Shown here one piece after another: positions 32,799 through 45,598 of a stretch of DNA of 64,000 bases. The notes under the pieces were generated by a model. The model made no database searches. It was not told the origin of the DNA and worked only from the letters and a program-made list of their open reading frames with translations. Numbering within the stretch: position 1 is the first letter of the stretch; every line of letters starts with the position of its first letter. The stretch spans positions 682,001 through 746,000 of the forward strand of contig VRMN01000005.1 of assembly GCA_008690995.1 (NCBI GenBank), in the 5' to 3' direction. Position numbers and translations under genes: made by a program. Origin of the DNA: Porphyridium purpureum (Eukaryota).

Positions 32799-35700
32799 GT
32801 GAGCGATATTCGCAACCGCGTTCCTCGAGCACGTCCATCTGCGGAGACCGATGACGAATACGTGATTCAGGCAATGCTACGCAGCACGTACGGTGCCGAA
32901 ATCACCCTTGCCTCCGCTGACAGGTCCGGACCAGAGTTCACGTCCCAGATGCGAGTATTTTTGGGTGCGAAGGATTCTTCGCAGTCCATCACTAGCGGCT
33001 CCAGTGCACTGTTCTACGGAGCTCCGCCTCGCCGTATGGAAGGACCTGCCAACCGCCCCAACGACCCTAGCGCCGCTCGGAGCCGCGCGGTTGGCACCGT
33101 TCGTTTTCCCGACAATCCGAACAATCGTGCAGGAGAGGCTTCCGATCGACGCGTACAATGCCAACACTGTGGCCGGATGGGTCACACTCTCGACACTTGC
33201 TGGCGCAGGAGCATGCCGGCAAACGAAGCACGTACCATCATTGGACTCACGGACTATCAATATGATGATGCTATCACGCAGGCTCAAAGCGAGCTGCCGA
33301 TTACACGCAGTGCCCAGCAAGGCATTGATGGTTGCGACGATGATGCGAACGAAGCCGACACGCCAAGTATTCACATGGCCTGACGGTGTCAGGGCAGTGC
33401 CGCCATTTACACGGTCACAAATGCACTGCCCGATGTCGCACGCACGGACTGTGTCCTGGTCGATAGCGGCGCGCCACGTTCATGCGCTGGTCTCCGCGCC
33501 TACTGCGCATATAGACAAACACGTGGAGAACCCGTCGACTTGGCACCTGCGCGCAATTCTGAGCCAATCGTTTGGGGCACCTCGTATCCTGTTCAGGGAG
33601 GCGGCACCGTTCGTGTTGCGCTCGGTTCCGACCATTTCCTACAATTCACCGTCGCAGTGGTCGCCGCGCCGTTGCCAATCATCCTCGGAACCGACGTCGT
33701 CCTCGCACAGCAACTTCAAGTCCAGTACGGTCGTCACCCAACGCTGACAACTGCCTCCGGAGCAGTCGAAAAGTTGAAGTGGTCGCGAAACAATCATCTC
33801 TTGCTTGGGTCAGGACAGCCACGTTTATTGGCTACCCTACTGTACACCCAGAAAGAACTTGACACAATGCACAAGCGATTCGGTCACGCCAGTGCACCGC
33901 AGATGCTCAAGCTTCTGCGCCTCGCCGGCGAGCCACTCGACGCCGTCCAGCGGCGTGAACTCGAGGAGCGCATCGCTCAGTGCTCCACTTGCCAGTGGTA
34001 CCGTGGCAACCGCTCAACATTCAAAATTGCCGCGGATGTAGAAGTTTCGTTCAACCACACCGTATCCATGGACTTCGTGTTTCTTGAAACACACAAGACT
34101 CTTCACGCGGTGTGCAATGGAACAAAATTCCAAATGGCAATGTTCTGCGGGGAAGATGCCACCGCAACCGGTGTTTATCGCATTTTCTTTAACAATTGGA
34201 TTGCCATCGTTGGGGCTCCGCACCGCGTTGTCGTGGACAAGGAACGCGTCACCGTGTCGCATGATTTGCGCGTGCTTCTGGAAGCGGAATGCTGTGCGTT
34301 GGTCGACATTCCTGTTGAGGCTCACTGGTCCTTAGGCCAGGTTGAAAGATACCACGAGCCACTGAGAAAGGTATTCCTCCGTGTCGCGCGTGAGGCTCCC
34401 GACCTTACGGCCCATGATCAATTGGCCATTACGGTGCGGGCACTCAATGTTACGTGTGGTCCGGAAGGAATTATTCCGGCCCTTTTGGTTTTTGGCACCG
34501 TGCCACGTATGCAACTACGCCCGGAGGTGGCGCAACACGATCATATGGAGACACAAGCCGGACGAATCGCAGCCATTTTTGCTGCGCGCAATGAGTTCGA
34601 GAAGTGGATATCCGCGCGCAAGCTTGCTCAAGCACGACGTTCAAGGGCACCGAGTTATCCAAATGCCGCGCCGGGCCATGAAATTACACCGGGAACAGCC
34701 GTCTTGGTTCGCCGCGAGAGTGCATACGAATGGCAAGGGCCTTACATCGCGTTGAAGGTCGACGCACCAAGGGTAACCGTCGTATTACCGTCAACAGTAA
34801 GCGCCGCGCGCGCCCGCCAACAAGAATTCCACATCAACAATGTGAAGGTATACCGGCTCGAGACACCCGCCACTTTGTTTGTTGACACACCTGCAAGCGT
34901 TCAAGATCTTTACAAAACATTCCCTCAAGCCAGTGCCACCAGCAACGCCAGCTGGGATGACGCTGATTTACTTGAGCTAAATGGCATCATCAACCGTCAA
35001 GTCCTCGAACCATGTCCAGACCTTCCAGCAATGGCCAACGTTATTGGATCCAGAATGAAGTGGGTTCGTCAAATCAAATGGTCAGTCTAAAAGCAGGTTT
35101 ATCGTGCTAGATCGCCGGGAAAATGAGTCAAATATTACTGCAGTCAATGGATCAACCTTGACGCGCTTCATGCTGTTTTTCTTGATTTCCGCTTCCGCCG
35201 TCACCCGCTGGCCGCTACCCTACTGCGAGAATACTCAAGAATAACTTCAACCGCAATGGCCTCTGACCCGACAAGAGTGTCTCAAATAGAAACCGGCAGT
35301 TAGCATTGTGCTAGCCCGCGTCGGCTCAAGGAATGCGACGTCTATTGTGAACAATGCACCCGCCTGTCCTGCCCACTCGCGTATCCATAAGCCATTGTAC
35401 GGGCTTGTAGACAGTGGAACATACTGGCACGGAACCGTGCACTCCGAGTTGCTTGATGAAAATTTCATTTGCGTCGCATTAGACCTAGGATTTTACTACT
35501 CGAAAATTCCATGTCATCGGGAAATGCTTGACATCCTCCTTGACGACTTTTGTCCACTCGCACGCCACCATTTTGGGTCGTGGAAAATCGTGGTTCGAGT
35601 CGTCTGGACAATGAGGGTCTCCGTGCGGTCCCGTTTGCATTTCATGGATTGGAAATCAGCTCTTTCAAAGGTACCGTAATAATAACGCACAGTGAATTAT

Positions 35701-36420
35701 GCCAAGCGTGAGTTGACGGCTAGCACGGTCGCAGGCTTCGAGGAAACATCGTCGCTTTCGGCACCCGGCCAGCCATCGCATGTGCCGTCGTCAAGAGCTC
35801 CCGGATCACCGCGCAGGCGTGCACGCGGATGCACAGTGGTCGGCTTCTTGTTTCGGCCGCCACGGTTTGCTAAACTCTGCGCGAAATTGTCTACGCAGGG
35901 CTAATAGATTCTTTTCGCCTCCGGGTATCCGCCGATGCGTCGTATGTCAGCAACGACGATGGTGCTTCCCAACCGGGATACGTAATCTCTCTGGGAGATC
36001 AGAGTCCAAGAGTGTATCTTTTACACTACGCATCGCACAAAGCTCGTCAAGTTTGCCACTCTGTCTTGTCTGCCGAACTACTTGCGCTATATTCAGCCTA
36101 TGATTTGGCCGACGCACTCCAAGTCGAGCTCATGCGCGCAGGTTTGGATGCATCCGTCGACCTAGCCACCGACAGCAAGTGAATACTTGACATGGCGTCG
36201 CGCAGCCCCATTCTCGCAGAGAAGCGCCGCATGGTGCACATGATGCTGTTGTACGAGAAACTTTTTACGATATGAATTCGCAAAATCCTGCAAGTTCCCT
36301 GGAAGTCCAATATTGCAGATGCGCTGACAAAGCCGCGCGCGCTTCGTCTCTGGGACAGAATTCTCACCACCAACGGCAAACTCAAAAATAACGATGCCAA
36401 GCAAATGTGTATGATGTGGT
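32799..36420 (+). mobile_element. Second Copia-family element: intact gag-PR-IN, decayed RT/RNase H
   Basis: Zinc knuckle CQHCGRMGHTLDTC; protease VLVDSGA (~33455); HKRFGHAS..CSTC and DDE integrase; HKPLYGLVDSG; NIADALTKP (~36310). Paired LTRs not identified. Confidence 0.88.
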
Positions 36421-38249
36421 GATGCATTCGTAAATGAACATATGCCCACCACGGAACAACATAACATCCAATATGAGCAAGTGCGAAGCAAGAAGAGCAA
36501 CAAAACAGGAGTGCAGCAGTCCCTGGAAGGCGACAGAAAAAAAAGGCGGAGTGTCGCTATGGACATGTACACACAGCTGTTCTACAAAGAGAAGCCGAGC
36601 TCTCCGGTGCAAAACATTCGGAGGGTTTAAGTCGGTCCACCAGACGAGAGACCGTGATTTGGAAGAGAATATACCGTAGAGTTTATTAGGTAGCAGTGAG
36701 GATGTATCTTATCCTTCTATTTCTTTTCACCCGTCCTTTTTCCTTCATGTCACTTTAGCCTCTCTCTCTCTCTTCGTCCTCCGTCATAAAGTCCGCCTTC
36801 CACGACCGACTTCACTAATAGAAGGCCGGGCCAGACCTAAGCATAATCGAGTGTGGGTTTGATCTAGGGCTCCGGAGGTAAGGAGGAGGCACTGCTTTGA
36901 AGATTCGATTAATTGAATGTCAGGTTAGGCTTAAGACCTTCGGACGCTTGCCTACTTACGAAAGAGGAGCAGGCGCTCGAAGTCCAAGCCAAACTATTCT
37001 TGTCTCAAACAGCACCACCGATAATAGCGACGCATAGGTATTGAATTATACGGCTTACTTTTGCCTAAATAACTTAGCCGTCGTGTCCTCCCTCGCAGGT
37101 CGAGCTATCGAGAAAAGTCAGCAGATCGAAATGACCTTTGTTGCGTGGAGATAAACCACCGTTTACAACATACAACTGAGCGCCTGAGGCTATTCGCTCA
37201 TCGCTCTGTGCTCGTATGCACGCACACCCGTGGCCAGACGGCTCGCGGATGCGTTGAATATTTGTCTCGGTGCGAGTTGACGGCATCGCTCAGGGACGCA
37301 ACGCGGGATTTTGCAACAAGAGCGATTGTAGCAGTGATATTCTTTTCTTGTGGTCATTTGGAAGGATTTCACCCTTGTGGGTGCTCGTACGGGTGTTGTT
37401 GCATTTTTGCTGTTTAAGGATTGAGTCTTTTTGAGATTCTCGTGCTTTTTGTGTATTCATTGGTTTTACGCTGATATGATGACCCGCAGTGAGGGGAAGC
37501 AGGTCCGAACCGCAGCGCCCACCATGCCACAAGGGGTTTCCGTTGCCAACACGTGTTCTGCGACCCCGGCAGCGGCTTTACACGGTGGCCACGGCTGTAA
37601 TATGGCATTTGGCCGAGTCGCTCAGCACGGTTTGACCCTAGGTGATTTCTTCCGGTGTCGAGCCACCGTCAGTTGCCACGCCTCGCGTCCGAGGCGGCAG
37701 AGCTCTCCCCGTTGATGAGTCCCACACAAGCACTTTTCCGCCTCGCCTCGCAACGAATCCGCATTGTCTTATTGGCACACCGCCGGAGAGTCCGATGCGA
37801 TATAGAGACGATTGGCTGCCGCCTGGTGTTGCGCCAGCAGCGTATAGGCATGACCCGTTGTGTTCGATCGCGCCTACACCCAGCTGGTGGCCCGCCGCCA
37901 TATAGCGGAGCAAGCAGGAGATCCACGCTCTCGAGCTCTTCGAGGCCGGGTCAAATAAAAGCCCTCAACGAATGATGATCGACGGCATTGTAACATGGGA
38001 TTGGCTAGTGGATGCTGATGGACCGGCAGCTGTGTACACGTTGTAGGACATGTGCCGGAGGCGTCGGCTGCCGTTCTTTGAAAATGGCACCAATGGGCGA
38101 TCGTCGTCTGAAGCCTACGCACGTCACGCAAACTATGCACTTTGTAGTGATCAGGACTTTTAGGGTACACCCGTAAGTGGGCCGACGACATCTGCACCGC
38201 CGCCTCCACCAGTACAATCTCCATTGCCACCATCACCCCCTAGTCATTC

Positions 38250-40720
38250 ACTTTCATCTCAAATTTCCAGTCCTCACGAGAACAACAACATCGTACCTAC
38301 GTCATTCTCTTCTCTATCGAAGTTCATCAAGGACTTGTCAGAGGAAAGGTTTACGAGAGAAAAGGGGGTTAAAGCGTTTGCGAGGTGGATAAGGAGAGTG
38401 CTTCCGGCACAAAGGACATTTGCGCTAAGTGTGGACCTTGTGGTACGTGCGCTGCCCTTGATCGTGGGTGGTAGAGCAGAATCTATATTGTTCCGGAGCG
38501 CGGAGACGCATCCGCGGCTTGTACAGATGTTGTCGCTGTTGGGAGGCACATTTGCGTCTGAAGCCGCGCTTCAGGTGCATCGAATTTGTCACGGGACACA
38601 AAAGATGGTATTGGTTCAGCGATTTCATCGTGAAACGGTTTAACCGATGCTGAGATTATTGGGTTTCTGGTTTAACGGTCCAAAGCGAGCACATCAGGGC
38701 GCTGAACGAAGTCGGTGCAAGGAACCGTTAAATTGATGGTAGGCATGATCCGTATATACGACAAGAGACGTCACAAAAGACAGCGCGGGCGTCGAAGCGG
38801 AAGAGAGAGAGGGAGAGACTTATACTGCGAAAGACGGCGGTCGCTTGAGAGGACCGTCCATGACAAATTGGCTTGAAACAAGTGAATTTCCATCGTTTGG
38901 TCAAGGATTCTGGGTCGCTCATGGCAGCGTTCGACGCCATGAATCGCGCGGCAGAGGAGCATTGTGCTGCTTTGGGCGACGGCAGTGATGATCCGAGTTC
39001 GGTGTCTGAGTTGGTGATGGATGCGATGTTTCATTCTTGCTTTGCTCCATCACTGGTGAGCTTTCAGGACAGAAAGGGCCACAGCGTTATTCGGAGCGTT
39101 CATGCATACTTGACCAACTTGGAGGGGACCGATGTACGTCTCGTCCCTAGCCTTTCCGCTCGCTACACGTACCACAGCGAGGACCGACGTAATAAAAATG
39201 ACGAGAGTGCATGCTACACAGGGCGCCTGGTCCGCAATGATGCCAAAAAGAATGTGAGAAAAGGTACTAGTAATCCAGTGGCCCATGCGGGTTCCGAGCA
39301 AAAATCCATGCGTGATTTCTGTGGGAAAAAGAGGCACATGCGAGCTGTTGCATCCAGGGATGGTCGCCATCGTTGGTGATGACGAGGCAGGACCACAGAA
39401 TGACCTGAATGCTAAAGTGGAGTCGACGCACTCGTCGGTTTGTGCCTAGACGATTGCTCCATATCGGCGGTGTTACCAGCCTTGCTTGATTGGAGCGTAC
39501 TCGATGATTTTGGTACTGGCCGCTCGGTTGCAGGTTTGAGTGCGCACAAGCGGTATTGTGCAGCCCTCGGGCGCCCGACAAACCTCAAGCCGGCGCATGG
39601 TGAGGCACGAGTTCGATGGGCACGCTGCTAAACCCTCTCGGCATTGGCCTCATGCGCTTACCTGTCGGAGAAGACTATTTCGTCGAGTTTTGGCCAATGG
39701 TATTTGAATGAAATGATTTACCAATTTGATTGGGTACAAAGGTCAGGACAAGATTGGCTTCAATTTGATCCTAACAAGCAAGCCACCCTGTCTTTGCTTT
39801 CATACATTCAAATTTCCTCTTCTCAGTCTTCCACCTGGTCACCTCGTCATCCATTTCGATTTATCGAATGGAAGACCGCGTACGCTTGAAACCGCTCTCT
39901 AAAACGTTAACGAGCTCATGGTACTGCGCAAGAAGTTTGGAAACGGGTCAGGTCGTCCAATCCGCAAACTGCTTGAGTTGTCAAAAGATATAGTGGAGCC
40001 TCAAGCAATACAAAGGTTCTTGTCAAAGGTTAAGGAATGCGCAGTATGTCAATGGTACACGGGTCGTCGGTCGACACAATAGGTCGCGGCAAAGGTCACC
40101 GTGGATTTAATTATGTTGTTCTGATGGGTTCCGCTTTCTCTCCATGTGAACGGAACGAGGTATAAGGTCCTCCACGCCGTTTGCGGTGGCACAAAATGGG
40201 ACGCTGCGGGCGTCGCACAGGATGAAACTGCATCCGGGCTATTCAATAAATTCTCCCAGATTCAGATCCAGTTCTTTGGGACGCCAAATCGATTACGTGT
40301 GGACAGAGAGAAGCTTTTGGAGGCGCGGGATCTCAAGTTGCTTCTCGAAAATGAGGGGCGCGTGCTGGACCCGGTTGTAATCGAAGGACATTGGCAGTTT
40401 GGGGTGGTCGGGCGCCACCACGAGTCGCTGCGCAAGCTTTGTACACGTTTCTCTGTTGACTCTCCGTCTTTGGTAATCGCAGATGTTCGCGCCGTTTCCT
40501 GCCGTGCAAGTAACAATACAGTACGGTCCGAGAGCTTAATGCCATCCCTTCTCGTATACGGCACCGTACCTCGCATGTCTTTGTATCCACGCGTGGCGCA
40601 GCATGGCTCAGGAGAAGCGCGAGTCGAGCGCATAACTGCTATGCAATTCGCGCGTGAGGAGTGGGCCGCAATCGGCTCCCAGATCAAGCTAAAGGCTGCG
40701 TGCCACGTCGCGGTCCTCCG
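38250..40720 (+). pseudogene. Third, heavily decayed Copia internal region related to the second
   Basis: LHAVCGGTKW, GTPNRLRVDREK, EGHWQFGVVGRHHESLRK and PSLLVYGTVPRM align with the integrase in 33540..35090. Protease-like VLDDFGTGRSVAG at ~39495. Confidence 0.8.
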
Positions 40721-41138
40721 CGACGTACGACGCTACTTGCCCCGCCCCACAGCCTCACAGCTACGGAGCCCCAACTTATACCCCACTCCCACTGGCCCCA
40801 TCGGCCCTCCTTTTTACAAGATAGCTAGCGCGCCGTGGGCGACGCGCATAAATACTCTACCCTACTCTACTGTGGAATCCCTGTAATAACTGGAGGCGCC
40901 AGTTAGAATGAGCGTGGGATCCAGTGGGTTCTGTGTGTCGTTCATTTCTATTCCCCATCAGGCTATCCCACGGGGCGGAAGGTTTGATCTTTTCCCATAC
41001 ACCCTTAACCTTTTATTTTTGTTCTAGTGCTACTTTCCCGCCGCCGCTCGCCGCGTATTTATACGCTGGTCAAGAAATTGAGGGTTCGGGTAACCCTCAA
41101 AGTGACTTGGTAAAGCTAAAACTGTACCTGGTCAATTA

Positions 41139-43224
41139 CATGGATTAAAAGTGTTCCGGTCCGAGAGACGCCCTGGGTGTACACCCGGAGGTACGGCGTC
41201 TCGGAATTGTTTGAGGTACAGGGGCTTTTTCGCCCGCGTGGTTTTTTACCCTGTACCTCTGGTTTTGTGCATTGTTGTCTTTCGCCCCGAGGAGCCGGAG
41301 TCGCGTGTCCGAGGGAAGCAGGAGCCGCTTGGCGGCCGGCCGGCACCCATTGAGCCGCTTGCTGACGTGGCTGGCTGTGGCTTCGTTCTGTGGAACGAAC
41401 GGAGGAAAGCCCAGCCTTTTGGGAGAAATAATTTCTCCCTTCCGCGTCAAGGACAGCAAGGACGGCGGGGTATATAATGGGCGCGGGCCTGTGCGGTTCC
41501 CCGGATTTTCTTTAGAGCGGAAGAAGAAGAGGCAAGGGAGTAGGGCACAGAGAATAAAAGAGGAGTTGGTTCTTTGGTGTCGGGTGCCTGGGCGTGGTCG
41601 TTGGAAGGCGTGGGGCCTTTTGCTGAGCCTGTGTAGCAGAGCCAGCAGCACATCGTGTCTGGGGGGTTTCGGTGCTCTTAGAGCACTGAAGGCAGACGGC
41701 TGCTTTGTCCGTTACGACACCCTGTCCCTGTCGAGACCGGTGCTGTCTGTGCCGACGCGAAGGGCAATAGTAGAGGCCCTATACGTTGGATTTTCCACGC
41801 CCCGGGTATTCGTCGTCTGTGTTGTGTGCGTCGTGTGGTTGTGTTCTCTGTGCTGTGTGCGTCGTGTTGCTGGGGTTCGGTCATCTGAGAAGGGTTGTGT
41901 CATCCGAGCTCGTGCGCTTGTCATCATCAAGCGTGCGAGAATTTAAAGAATTATTCACACTGATACTTGACACTGTGTAGTGCTGCGGTGGGAGGTACAG
42001 TGCGGTAGAGAGTATCATTGCAGACGTCTCCCTTCAGTGCTCCAAGAGCACCGAAACCCCCAGACACGATGTGCGGATGGCTCCGCTATACAGGTTCAGC
42101 AAAAGGCCCCATGTACTTCAGCGAGCACTCCCAGGCACCCGACACCAAAGAAACAACTCTTTATTGCCTGTGCCCTTACTCCCTTGCCTCTACTTATTCC
42201 GCTCCCAAGAAATCCGAGGGACCGCACAGGCCCGCGCCCATTATATACCACGCCGTCTTTGATGTCCTTGACGCGGAAGGGAGAAATATTTCCTCCAAAA
42301 AAGCCGGGCTTCCCTCCGTTCGTTCCGCAGAACGAAGCCACAGCCAGCCACGTCAACAAGGGGCTCAATGGGCGCCGGCCGGCCATCAGACGGCTCCTGC
42401 TCCCCACGGACACGCGACTCCGGCTCCTCGGGGCGAAAGACAGCAATGCAGACACTAGAGGTACAGGGTGAAGAACCACGTGGACGAAAAGCCCTTTGAC
42501 CTCAAACGACAGAAGTATTGTCATGCTATCCGCAAGGGGATTGTGTAGACTCAAGATATTGAGGAAACACTTTTTACCCGTAGGGACTAAGGTTAGGAAC
42601 CACACTGCTTCCAACCTAGGCTAGAAGCCGAGTAGTTCTCGCCCGGCGACGGCCTTTGCCATGCCCTCTTACAGCCCGCGCGGACGCAGCTCCGTGAGCG
42701 CGCGAGCAGCGCGAGCGGCTGCTCCGGCTCCACATTCCAAACCGCAACGGCTGACGCCGGCGGAAACACTGCAGCCTATCTCCGCTTCTTCACAACGGCT
42801 GCACAGCCGGTTTGTACAGTCGTCCCCCATATTTCCTTACATAAACTGTTCGGAAACCTCGATCCGCTGATGGACAACCTCCAATCCAACGACCAAGTTA
42901 ATCAAGTTCTAAACGTACAACTTTTCCAACTCGCACTCCGTACCGAAGACCACCACGGTCGCGCTCTGCGCCGAGCTTCGCGCGCGACTTGCAACTCGAC
43001 AGACCCTTTCTCCAACGCTCCTGTCGCCGGCCGAGAACCGCAGCCAAGAAATTCCCTTCTCGCGTCACATCTCTTATCAGGTATCGGCTTAACGGTTTAA
43101 CGAATACAATTTAACGGTTGGCCGACCCATGACTCGCCCCGCATCATAAAATGAGCGATTCTAAGACGCCGTACCTCTGGGTGTACACCCAGAGTGTCGC
43201 TTGGATCGGACCATTTTAATGCAT
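41139..43224. repeat. Large inverted repeat of an LTR-like unit
   Basis: 41208-41703 is the diverged reverse complement of 42020-42510. 41139-41208 matches the reverse complement of ~43156-43224. The unit has TATATAA followed by a purine-rich tract. Confidence 0.85.
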
Positions 43225-43830
43225 GGTTTCATGATCCAAAAAGGCTTTTTTTTCTTCCCCATTCAAGCTGTTTCGCCGCGCACGCACTTTCGCAGATGTT
43301 GCTCGATTTTGGTTCTCCGTGAAAAAACAACCGAACCCGAGGACTCGTGAACACCCTATTCAAACTGAGCCACTCTGAGGGTGCTCTGGACGTTCTGTAC
43401 AATGGAAAAAGCAAGGCGCCTGCAAAGGAACACAAATCAGACTAGTTTATGCCCAGCTGTTGCGTTTGATGATCGTCGCGCAATTGAGGTAGAAAATTAT
43501 GTCCATGCTGGGATTTAAGCGCCGTTTCAGCAGCTTGTAACGCGAGTACGAATGAATCGCTGGACTTACAGACAACGTGTCGAGTTGCACCTTCGCGAGC
43601 GGCCGGCGGGGAGCAGGAAGCAGCCTTGCCGTTGTGCAGCATCTGCGTGAAGCCATATCTGGGAGGAGTGTATCCGGCGCGCAGTTGCCTCACGAGGCGT
43701 GTGGCTTCACCGTGAAGCGTCTCTCAGAAGGATATCGCGTGGCCTGCCGCGGCGCCAAGCGTTCAAAGAGTGTACGTGCGCGGAAAGGTCACGGATACTT
43801 GTGCTGTGGGGCATAGAATAGGAAGATCCT

Positions 43831-45165
43831 ATGGCGCTACACGCGAGTCCGTCAGCAATGCGGACGAACGCCGTTCACTTTGCGTTCGCGTCAGCCATGC
43901 TTCTCGCCGTGTTGGTTTGTGTGGGCTCCACTTTGAGCTGGAAATTTATGCGCGCATCAACTCCGCGCCGACAGGTGCGTGCTTTAGATCAGGAATGGAA
44001 TCCTGCACCTTTCGGGATGCACGCCGCGCCAGATTCCACGCCGAGTCCTCCCCCGCCTCGCATCGTCCTTGGCATGCTCAATGTGCGCACCGCGGGGGTG
44101 GGCAACGTGCTGCAATTCATGTACAAGTTTCTATCGCTTTCACGCTGTCTCGATGCCGACGCAGTAATACCAACTCACAGTATCAACAAGATTGGTCCTA
44201 ATGTCGATAGGCGGTTCCTACGGGGCGAAGATATGTCGCTCTACGATTTGGACGTCTTGGCTGACTATGCTCGCACAGTGCACTACAAATCAGTGTGCAA
44301 CTGCATCGATGTGACCGTACTCAAAAACGGCACTGGCTTCACGGATTCTGGTGCTGAGGGTGCCGCGCTCATAGAAATTGCCACACGGAAAACGATGTTC
44401 AGCAGCCCCCGCGGCCTATCACCGGACGCGTTGATAGCGGAAATGTTGGAAGGCGTGGGGCCCAGCCGATGCGGCAACCCGCTCCCGTGTGTTCCGCTGG
44501 GTAATCACAACACCGCGATGGAGGCCATGGCCAGAATGGACACGGCGGCGTGTCGCGGGCGCCCCGTGGAATTGCCCGACGGTGTAGGTGAATATTCTGA
44601 TCAAGCGGCTTCTTCATTTGTGGTTCCGAGTCCCTTGATGCGTTCGTGGGCTAAAAGCCTCCTTCCGAGAGATTGGGACTTTGATAGTCTGTTGGTTGTT
44701 CATCTGCGGTACGTTTGTGGAGAATACAAGCGCAAGGATGACATTTGCAATCGGGGCGACACTGTGTGTGTAGGGCGTGCTGAGGAGCCCCTCCGTGCAA
44801 TGAAAGTGAATGATTTTGGGAATCTGGTGAAATTACTTGCTCAAAAGCTTGGGTGCAAACACGTTTTCCCCATCCTGCCACCTCCGTTTACGAGTCAGGC
44901 GCTCCGAACAAATGTTTCGCAAGTATTTGGCTTGAATTTCGAGGACTTGATCTCGAGCAAGAATCTTGACTTGTTCTGGACCCTTATGGTCGAGCGCAGC
45001 GTAGCAACATATGCCAAGCATCTCGTCGACGAGACGAGGTCCTCATTTGCAACCACGCTAGAGCGCTCTCGCTTGCGACTGAATCTGACTGACTTTATAC
45101 CCTTGTGGCAGACGTTGGAGGCGTTGAACTCGACCCAATTTGAAATCATCGACAAACCTCGGTAA
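43831..45165 (+). CDS. Putative O-fucosyltransferase-like glycosyltransferase (type II membrane protein)
   Basis: N-terminal TM helix, Pro-rich stem, GVGNVL, VVHLRY and RSSFA motifs typical of GT-B fucosyltransferases. Confidence 0.55.
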   Translation: MALHASPSAMRTNAVHFAFASAMLLAVLVCVGSTLSWKFMRASTPRRQVRALDQEWNPAPFGMHAAPDSTPSPPPPRIVLGMLNVRTAGVGNVLQFMYKFLSLSRCLDADAVIPTHSINKIGPNVDRRFLRGEDMSLYDLDVLADYARTVHYKSVCNCIDVTVLKNGTGFTDSGAEGAALIEIATRKTMFSSPRGLSPDALIAEMLEGVGPSRCGNPLPCVPLGNHNTAMEAMARMDTAACRGRPVELPDGVGEYSDQAASSFVVPSPLMRSWAKSLLPRDWDFDSLLVVHLRYVCGEYKRKDDICNRGDTVCVGRAEEPLRAMKVNDFGNLVKLLAQKLGCKHVFPILPPPFTSQALRTNVSQVFGLNFEDLISSKNLDLFWTLMVERSVATYAKHLVDETRSSFATTLERSRLRLNLTDFIPLWQTLEALNSTQFEIIDKPR

Positions 45166-45598
45166 TCAGCGGAAAAGAACAGCTACGAGTCTGGCGGCCT
45201 GTTGGAATGGTAGAAGGAAGCCACATGGCGTTTCTTTTCATACGTTGATAGAGCCAAGATTTCCCATTAAAAGAAGGGCGTCCTCGTTTAGGAGCTAAGA
45301 AAAAGTTGCACGATTTTGTTTCACTTGAGGCCGTACACTCACCGCAAGCAGAGTACGCAGCTGCACTTGGACAGAAGTCCGAAAGAGAGGAGGCGCAGTC
45401 CTTGAAACATGTGTCCATTGCAAAATTTCCAAGTCCAACATGGACAAAAAGAAATCCTGAAGCTCTGACAAAACCAGGGGCCTGTGAGACCCCTTCCACC
45501 TCTCACACACGATCTGGGTTCACAGTTCCTGTTGTCGTAATCATCAGAATTCGTGTCAGTCCAATGGCGCTCCAAACTCTCGTGAACGTAGGCTACCT

